This document shows positions 57,607 to 64,000 of a stretch of DNA of 64,000 bases, one piece after another; within the stretch, counting starts at the first letter, position 1, and every line of letters starts with the position of its first letter. This DNA is from Candidatus Omnitrophota bacterium (GTDB lineage Bacteria > Omnitrophota > Gorgyraeia > Zapsychrales > Fredricksoniimonadaceae): positions 26,003-90,002 of the forward strand of contig JADFXH010000008.1 in NCBI GenBank assembly GCA_015233675.1. The letters run 5' to 3'. A program made the translations under genes and the position numbers. Under the pieces are notes generated by a model that saw nothing but the letters and a program-made list of their open reading frames with translations, had not been told where the DNA came from and ran no database searches.

Positions 57607-58602
57607 TTAAAACATAGAAAGGATCTGTTTTATCCGATCCTGATACCTGTGATGAAGGATCACTTCCTGATAACCATTAAACGCAATGCGTTTTCGTTCC
57701 TCATCATGAGTTAAATAATATTTTATATTTTCGCGCAAATCATCTTCATTATCAAAAGCCACCAGATGTTGTTTGTTTTTAAAGAGCTTATCCACATCTT
57801 TCTGCTGATCAGTCAATACAAAACATCCACAGGCCATGGCTTCAAATATTTTAGGGCTGATCTGATGACAAGGCACCTTGCCGTCTTGATAGTGGACAAC
57901 AATACAAATCTTTGACGCATTGAAAATCTTGACCCATTGATTATAATTCATCTTAATATCAACCGTCTTTGTCTTAAGCCTGGAGTCCGAAGATAATTTT
58001 TTCCAATAAGGCCCCCAGATGCCTATATTAAAATCTGCAATAGCTTCCAAGGTCCTGGCCCGGTTAGGATAATAAGACCCGACAAAGGCAATGTCTCTTG
58101 TGTATTTTTCCCTATCTTTGCGGTAAACATCCATTGGTTTATGATAATTAGGATCGCAGGCAAACGGGAGCCAGCTGGCATGACTCGCCCCCTTAGCATG
58201 AAAAATATCTAACGCCTCAGTCCCGGCGCAAAACAGTTTGTCATAGAATAAGGCCGAGGCCAGGACATTCTCAAAATCAATTGGCACATCAGTAGTCCAA
58301 AGAGCCGTTGGAATCCCCATATTCTTAATGGCCGACACGGTTTGAGGAAGCACTCTGTGTCCTCCGACAACAATGCAGACATCCGGATGCTTGAGCCTTG
58401 CACATTTAATAATCTCCCGATTAAGCCGTTGAAGATCCCATTCTTGCAAATAAACCACTGCCTCCCTTACTCTTCCCGGTAAAAGAAAGCCCCTGTCATC
58501 AAAAGAGATCAACTGATGGCCTAAATACTCCACAGCTTTGTCACGATAAACCATTGAATTGGTAAAATTCGGGTTATGGTAACCCACTAACATAACCTTC
58601 AT
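57607..58602 (-). CDS. CgeB-like glycosyltransferase (DUF3880 / Glyco_trans_1_2-like)
   Basis: MKVMLVGYHNP from the ATG at 58602, which overlaps the upstream stop (ATGA). Motif ISPKIFEAMACGCFVLTD. The family assignment is from memory and moderate. Confidence 0.55.
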   Translation of the reverse strand: MKVMLVGYHNPNFTNSMVYRDKAVEYLGHQLISFDDRGFLLPGRVREAVVYLQEWDLQRLNREIIKCARLKHPDVCIVVGGHRVLPQTVSAIKNMGIPTALWTTDVPIDFENVLASALFYDKLFCAGTEALDIFHAKGASHASWLPFACDPNYHKPMDVYRKDREKYTRDIAFVGSYYPNRARTLEAIADFNIGIWGPYWKKLSSDSRLKTKTVDIKMNYNQWVKIFNASKICIVVHYQDGKVPCHQISPKIFEAMACGCFVLTDQQKDVDKLFKNKQHLVAFDNEDDLRENIKYYLTHDEERKRIAFNGYQEVILHHRYQDRIKQILSMF

Positions 58603-59645
58603 GACATTGTCCTTTTCACTGCGCCTAAAGCCTTGCCCAAACGGTAATCCCACGACGTTTTGTAAATCTTAAAGGAAAAATTTTCTCTCATATAGTTGGC
58701 AAAATCCATTTTAAAGGGCTCTTTCCCGATGGTAAAATCAACCTCACGGATCCCTTGAGAAAGGACATACTCCAATATTTCTTTAATAAGCACCATACCT
58801 GGTGAATGGCTTGCATGAGTAATTTCAAAAGATGGCTTGTACCAAAGGAAGATTTTATAATTGATAAATCCAAAATGAAATGCAATCGCTTGTCCCCCGG
58901 ATTTAATCACACTGAAAATGATTTGTTTGTGCGGGCACAAACGTGTTAAAAGATTCTTATAAAATTCCCTGTTGGTTTGGTTTAAAAAAAGGCTGGGGCT
59001 TGCAGTCCGCCCTCGGCGCCTGATATGCTGTTCAAAAAACTCATTAAGGCATGGTAATATTTCTTCTTCCCGGGTCAAATGAAGGACTTCATAACCTTCT
59101 TTTTTAAAAAAATAATTATAACGTCTTTTAAGAATCTTTTTTTGGAGAATTTCTGATATATTCTTACCGTCAGAATCAACCAATAATACAGGACAAACGA
59201 TCCGTGAATAGGCATACGGGTACAACTGATGTAAAGAAAAAGCGGAAGAAAGCTGAACAACTGTAGGACTTTTTTGCGGTATATAATCAAGAACTGCTTG
59301 ATCCCATCTGTCTTTATTAATAACTAAAAAATCCAGCATCTTAGCCAAAATTTCAGGACGGTCATCAAAATATATAAAATCACAGTAATCACTGTTGCCG
59401 GAACCAATGAATTTTAATACCCTTCGCCTGCCTTTGAACGATAAGAATAAGGGCGCCACACCACACAGTTTTCCATTTTCCTCGATACAAATAAGGAATA
59501 ATTTTTTATTCTCAGAAAACGTCTCCCACCAGGCCTGATGCCAGCCGAAGGATTGGAAAACGCTCCGTGTTGGGCTTAAAGCGGCCAACTGGTCCCATTG
59601 CCGCCCATCAAGATCATTGATATTGTCCGCCAAAAAGGTCCGCAT
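58599..59645 (-). CDS. GNAT/FemAB-like acyltransferase (BioF2-like / CelD-like family)
   Basis: The first ATG is at 59645 (MRTFLADNIN); the track start at 59672 is a TTG. The N-terminal FQSFGWHQAWWETF and C-terminal SPGMVLIKEILEYV resemble the CelD/BioF2-like GNAT family. Confidence 0.55.
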   Translation of the reverse strand: MRTFLADNINDLDGRQWDQLAALSPTRSVFQSFGWHQAWWETFSENKKLFLICIEENGKLCGVAPLFLSFKGRRRVLKFIGSGNSDYCDFIYFDDRPEILAKMLDFLVINKDRWDQAVLDYIPQKSPTVVQLSSAFSLHQLYPYAYSRIVCPVLLVDSDGKNISEILQKKILKRRYNYFFKKEGYEVLHLTREEEILPCLNEFFEQHIRRRGRTASPSLFLNQTNREFYKNLLTRLCPHKQIIFSVIKSGGQAIAFHFGFINYKIFLWYKPSFEITHASHSPGMVLIKEILEYVLSQGIREVDFTIGKEPFKMDFANYMRENFSFKIYKTSWDYRLGKALGAVKRTMS

Positions 59646-60642
59646 TCTTGATCTTTCGTAAAAAACGTCCAAGGCTTGAAAGCGTACAGATAAAACCTGT
59701 CAAGTCACCGTCATTATGTAAATTAAGGCGCTTTAATTCAAAAATATCTGAATACGCATTGTTCGTGCCGATAATAGTCGTCAACGCGCATTTATATCCC
59801 GAATCTTTCAATATTCTTTTAGATAATTCATTGAAATCACCTGTTGCACCGTTGGGATAACTAAATATAGCGCAGGCTTTCTCCGTCAATTCTTCAATAT
59901 ATTTCTTTGAATCCAGCAGTTGGTCCTTCATCATGTCCTGCAGGCATGCGCTCAAAACCACATGTGAACACGTATGGCTGCCGACAGACACCAAATTACT
60001 ACGGACCATTTCCATAACGTCTTTTCTTTCCAGAGGGGCGTACATGGCTGGCGGGTTTGGGCCCTGTAATTTCTGCTTAAGCTTATTTTCAATATCTTCT
60101 ATGACTGCATCTCTTGGGACCACCGGTAATTTTCTTAATTTTGATTTAATATCCCTGTCCGTTAACTGTTTTTGTCTAAAATCACTCAAATTGTAAGAAT
60201 AAACATTATTATCTAAAACGATTTCGAGATATTTTTCGGCGGTTCCGTTCAGGGCAAATTCAATACGATCGGTCCAGAGATACTCTTTTTTATCAATGAA
60301 ATTTGTGGTCAAAAAAATGGTGGCAGGCACGGCAAATTCTTTTAGCACCGGATAGGCCAAGGTAAAATTTGACCTGTAGCCGTCATCCATCGTAATAACG
60401 ACTAAGCTCGACGGAACAGGCTTAGGATCAACAAGACAACTGATAAATTCTTCCAACTTAATGATATGATAATATTTCTTTAAATAACGGACCTGTTCTT
60501 TAAATTTATCAATATGAAGATGTTTCCCATGATAATTCTCAATCCCCTTAAAACTCTTCTCATCGGTAAACCCGTGATACATCAAAATATTGATGTTTGA
60601 TAGAGATTCAAGCTTCCGCAAAAATGAATGTAACAATTTCAT
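59614..60642 (-). CDS. polysaccharide deacetylase (NodB homology domain)
   Basis: 342 aa. Motifs ITMDDGYRSNFTLAYPVLKEFAVPATIFLTT and SHTCSH. Confidence 0.82.
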   Translation of the reverse strand: MKLLHSFLRKLESLSNINILMYHGFTDEKSFKGIENYHGKHLHIDKFKEQVRYLKKYYHIIKLEEFISCLVDPKPVPSSLVVITMDDGYRSNFTLAYPVLKEFAVPATIFLTTNFIDKKEYLWTDRIEFALNGTAEKYLEIVLDNNVYSYNLSDFRQKQLTDRDIKSKLRKLPVVPRDAVIEDIENKLKQKLQGPNPPAMYAPLERKDVMEMVRSNLVSVGSHTCSHVVLSACLQDMMKDQLLDSKKYIEELTEKACAIFSYPNGATGDFNELSKRILKDSGYKCALTTIIGTNNAYSDIFELKRLNLHNDGDLTGFICTLSSLGRFLRKIKNADLFGGQYQ

Positions 60643-61559
60643 TGTTTAATATATCTCTTAAACGACCTGTTATAACTAGAAAATTTAACTAAAGGCAATT
60701 CCAACAAACACCAAGCCGCGATCTTAAAAATTTCTATCTTACGCACAGCAGCGGCTTTCTTAAACCAGTTTATTGCCTCAGCCCAAGTCCCATTAAGACA
60801 ATGCAATTTACCTATTCTTTTTAAGTGAACAATGAGTATTTCAGGATATTCCTGAAATTCTTCCCAATGTTTTTTGACCATTCTTGTGCGACCGGGTATC
60901 AGGGAAGCATAATTTGTGGAAATCTGGTCACCATGCATATTGATCCGTGCCAACACCTCGCTGACATATTCAAACTCATAATACCGCGCGATACAGAGCC
61001 ACATGTCCCAATCCTGACAGCTGGTCAGTTGCTCATCAAAAAGCCCTGCCTTCTCAAAACACTCTTTTTTAACTAAAACACTGCTGACACTGCCTAAAAT
61101 TGTGCCCATTAAAAGCCTTTGATACACATTGCCGCGAAATGCCGGTAGATTCGTTCTCAAAATTTTATTTTTATGCTCATCAAAGACTTCCGTTCCCACA
61201 TATACAAGCCCAACACAAGGCGATGATTCCTGGAATTTCTTGACCTGGAGTTCTAGTTTTCTAGGGAGCCATTCATCGTCATCATCAAGCAAAGCAACCA
61301 GAGAAGCCTGTGCGGTTTTGATCCCCGTATTACGGGCAGCCGGACCTCCTTTATTGGTATCATGCCTGATATAGCGGATACGTTGATCTTCCACGCTCTT
61401 AACAAACTCTGCCGTTCGGTCTTCAGAAGCATTATCAACAATTATAATTTCAATACTCTTAAGGGTTTGCGCAAGGGCACTTTTCAATGCCCGTTCAAGC
61501 TTTTCGCAACGGTTATATGTAGAAATAACAACACTGACAACTGGCAATGGTCCATTCAT
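60639..61559 (-). CDS. glycosyltransferase family 2 with helical C-terminal extension
   Basis: 306 aa. Motifs VSVVISTYNR, IIIVDNASEDRT and LLDDDDEW. ATGA overlaps on both sides. Confidence 0.85.
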   Translation of the reverse strand: MNGPLPVVSVVISTYNRCEKLERALKSALAQTLKSIEIIIVDNASEDRTAEFVKSVEDQRIRYIRHDTNKGGPAARNTGIKTAQASLVALLDDDDEWLPRKLELQVKKFQESSPCVGLVYVGTEVFDEHKNKILRTNLPAFRGNVYQRLLMGTILGSVSSVLVKKECFEKAGLFDEQLTSCQDWDMWLCIARYYEFEYVSEVLARINMHGDQISTNYASLIPGRTRMVKKHWEEFQEYPEILIVHLKRIGKLHCLNGTWAEAINWFKKAAAVRKIEIFKIAAWCLLELPLVKFSSYNRSFKRYIKQ

Positions 61560-62770
61560 GATTTTATCATTTCATTACACAAATTATCCAAACGTTGGTT
61601 TAACTCCTTAATATCATAATTCTCTTGAATATGTTTACGCCCGGCCTGCCCCATCATTCCCCATCGGTCAGGGTTACAAATGAGGTATTCTAATTTATCA
61701 CACATTGCCGTAACATCTCTGGCAGGGACGATAAATCCACTAAGAGTGTCTAACATTACTTGCGAAACACTGCCTACGTTGGTTGCAACCACGGGCAGGC
61801 CTGCCGCCTGAGCTTCCATCAACACCACCGGCAGAGCCTCTGCCACACTTGGTAAAATAAACAAATGCGACCGGGCAAGCAATTGATCCACCCCCTCCTG
61901 GACCTGATAGCCTAAGAAATATATTTTATTCTTAAGCTGGAGCTTTTGCCCGTAGGCTTCAAGTTCTTTTCTCAAAGGACCGTCGCCAAGAATGTAATAT
62001 TCGATATTAGTCAAGCCCTTTTTGAAGACCAGCTGATGAATGGCTTCAATAGCGTAGGAAAACCCTTTTTCTTCAACCAGCCGACCGATAGTTAAAATTT
62101 TAACCGGCATCCCGGCGTCAATGGTCTTAGGTTTAATTGAGGCATAACGTTTTGTATCAATACCAACGGGGTGATAACGGACCCTTTCAACCGGAGCCCC
62201 AAATTCAAGCAGATGTTTATAATTGTAATCAGAAATGCTTAAAATGGCATCCGCCCTTTTGAACAAAAGCTTATAAAGGCCCTGAGTCTCAAGGCCCCGG
62301 CGAATATCATAACCATGGAACATGGTCACAACTTTTCCAGCAATGCCTAATTCTTTCATCAAGGCCGCTAAATTTCCATTATGGCCGTAATGACAAAGGA
62401 TGATGTCCGCCTTATTGACACCAAGAAACAACATGACCTTATAAAGATAATTTAATGAAAAAGCTTCTTTGCCATATTTAAAGAAATTCAACGAATTAAA
62501 AATCGCTTTTGGATTCCGATGGCCATAGGCCAATATCATGAATATAATCCATAAGACACGTTTGAGTTTACTGCTAGGCATCTCATTGTGATAATAAATT
62601 CTCTTTAAAAGTTCGTATTTATGGACATCCTCATGATAATTTTTCTCATACGACCTTCCCGCTGAGAAAATAAATACTTCATGCCCCCCATCAATCATCC
62701 CGGTAATTTGGTTAAGGATGAAAGTTTCAGAAATGCAGGGAAAAGAATCAACCATAAAAATGATGGTCAT
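61556..62770 (-). CDS. glycosyltransferase family 4
   Basis: 404 aa. Motif EALPVVLMEAQAAGLPVVATNVGSVSQVM. Confidence 0.85.
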   Translation of the reverse strand: MTIIFMVDSFPCISETFILNQITGMIDGGHEVFIFSAGRSYEKNYHEDVHKYELLKRIYYHNEMPSSKLKRVLWIIFMILAYGHRNPKAIFNSLNFFKYGKEAFSLNYLYKVMLFLGVNKADIILCHYGHNGNLAALMKELGIAGKVVTMFHGYDIRRGLETQGLYKLLFKRADAILSISDYNYKHLLEFGAPVERVRYHPVGIDTKRYASIKPKTIDAGMPVKILTIGRLVEEKGFSYAIEAIHQLVFKKGLTNIEYYILGDGPLRKELEAYGQKLQLKNKIYFLGYQVQEGVDQLLARSHLFILPSVAEALPVVLMEAQAAGLPVVATNVGSVSQVMLDTLSGFIVPARDVTAMCDKLEYLICNPDRWGMMGQAGRKHIQENYDIKELNQRLDNLCNEMIKS

Positions 62771-64000
62771 TCGTCTCTACCTTTAGGGAAATACTGCGTC
62801 CATATCGCCGTCGAAAGGAACCTCCATAACAGCACCGGGTCATTTTTAGCCAACTCCATATAATTACGGTCCCCACAAAATTTATTTAATATCGGCTCAA
62901 AGGTCTGACGATGGGCCAAAAAATATTGGCGATAAGGAAACTGAAACCCCATTTTCTGCCGTCTCCAAATGATCTTATCCGGCAAATAAGGTTCCATCGC
63001 TTTTCTTAAAATATATTTTGTGAAACCGTTACGGAACAAATAACTGATGGGCAGCTGCATCCCGAATTCAATGATCCTGTAATCCAATAAAGGGAAACGA
63101 TGTTCAATGGGGATGCCCATGGTGTAGTGGTCACTGCTGCGCATGTAATAAGGCAATAAGGCAATTAAAAAATGAAACTCCCTTTGTTTGTGGAATGATA
63201 AACTGTCATACAAATTTTGATATTGCAATGCCGAGGGGATGTCTCCTTGCGGGAAGCGGGGTTTTATTTGTTCCCTGTTACCGACAATCCTAACCCAAGG
63301 GTCTGTTAAGTAATGTTTTAATGTTGTATAAGTATTCTGGGGAGTTTTAAATCTACGGCAAAATTCATACCAATCCGCCTGCAAAAGCCCTCTAAATCCC
63401 TGCCTGCGCCGCTCCTGATAAGCTTTGGGCCAAAAACTGCTTTCATAACCTGCAAAAACCTCGTCCCCGCCGGCTCCGGTGACAATGACCTTGACACCTT
63501 GGGCCAGCATGCTTTGAAGCATTCGGTAATGCGTATAATTATTCGGATTATCATAAGGCTCTTCCATCAGCTGTGCAAAAGCGCCGTAATTCTCGGTAAA
63601 ACTATTTTCAATCTTACTTAAGACATGATAGTCGAGTTTATATTTCTTCAAAATGGATCTGGCGTACGGCTCCTCATCAGCATCTTTGATCTTTACCGTA
63701 TAGGTCGAGACCGGCTCTTTCGATAGGCAGGACGCGGCCGCAACTACCGATGAACTATCAAGGCCGCCGCTTAATTCAAAAGCTACTTTAACATCTGCAC
63801 GTAAACGGATATCTACAGCATTAAAAAAAATATCACGAAATGTTTTAACAGCGTCTTCAAAAGAAATATCATTCTCACTTAACAATGAAACCGGCAAATG
63901 CCAAAATCGACTGTGTTTTCCCTGTGCCAGCAATGACTGAGAACGTAATAAATGAACTGTTCTGGCCGCGGGAACAGTTTTAATCTCTCTATAAAATGTT
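62767..64000 (-). CDS. asparagine synthase-family amidotransferase, C-terminal synthetase part (5' end beyond right edge)
   Basis: PP-loop ELSGGLDSSSV. The reading frame stays open upstream of the track start (a TTG at 63933) to the window end (..FYREIKTVPAARTVHLL..), so the gene is partial. Confidence 0.82.
   Translation of the reverse strand, partial: TFYREIKTVPAARTVHLLRSQSLLAQGKHSRFWHLPVSLLSENDISFEDAVKTFRDIFFNAVDIRLRADVKVAFELSGGLDSSSVVAAASCLSKEPVSTYTVKIKDADEEPYARSILKKYKLDYHVLSKIENSFTENYGAFAQLMEEPYDNPNNYTHYRMLQSMLAQGVKVIVTGAGGDEVFAGYESSFWPKAYQERRRQGFRGLLQADWYEFCRRFKTPQNTYTTLKHYLTDPWVRIVGNREQIKPRFPQGDIPSALQYQNLYDSLSFHKQREFHFLIALLPYYMRSSDHYTMGIPIEHRFPLLDYRIIEFGMQLPISYLFRNGFTKYILRKAMEPYLPDKIIWRRQKMGFQFPYRQYFLAHRQTFEPILNKFCGDRNYMELAKNDPVLLWRFLSTAIWTQYFPKGRDE

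Overview
A 64 kb chromosomal segment from a low-to-moderate-GC diderm bacterium; I cannot assign taxonomy from sequence alone. It holds about 70 genes, almost all on the minus strand. There are three blocks.

(1) 1-22.7 kb is housekeeping. In minus-strand order it reads uppS-cdsA-dxr-rseP-[CpaF-like ATPase]-proS-rimP-nusA-infB. It also carries purA, serA plus a class V aminotransferase, tig-clpP, and a complete Kdo/Lpt operon (rfaE-kdsB-kdsA-kdsD-kdsC-lptA-like-lptB).

(2) 22.8-38.7 kb is an accessory, signalling and stress region. It contains tRNA-Ser(GCT) next to a 5'-truncated tyrosine integrase, and three adjacent genes with inactivating lesions: a BON/OsmY-like gene, a B12-radical-SAM gene and a PAS histidine kinase. 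It also has a FixJ-type regulator, two stand-alone receivers, a Cys-rich small ORF coupled to the radical SAM gene, ldhA, malQ, small stress-type membrane proteins (YeaQ/GlsB-like, ElaB-like, DUF378-like) and cfa.

(3) 38.7-64 kb is a large, mostly translationally coupled glycan-biosynthesis cluster. It encodes six GT4, two GT2, sugar aminotransferase/epimerase/PIG-L/WbqC enzymes, two AsnB-like amidotransferases, an acyltransferase, a deacetylase, and three large polytopic membrane proteins, two of which are tandem paralogs.

Most notable non-genic signals:
- Two copies of a ~176-nt long-hairpin element bracket one GT4 gene. The core is ~93% conserved; the outer arms are unrelated in sequence but each perfectly self-complementary.
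- An 18-bp palindrome, ATTRTACC-N2-GGTATAAT, recurs upstream of four minus-strand transcription units in the signalling/stress region.
- A 51-bp tandem repeat makes up the leader of the ElaB-like gene.

No CRISPR array, rRNA or intact IS element was seen.
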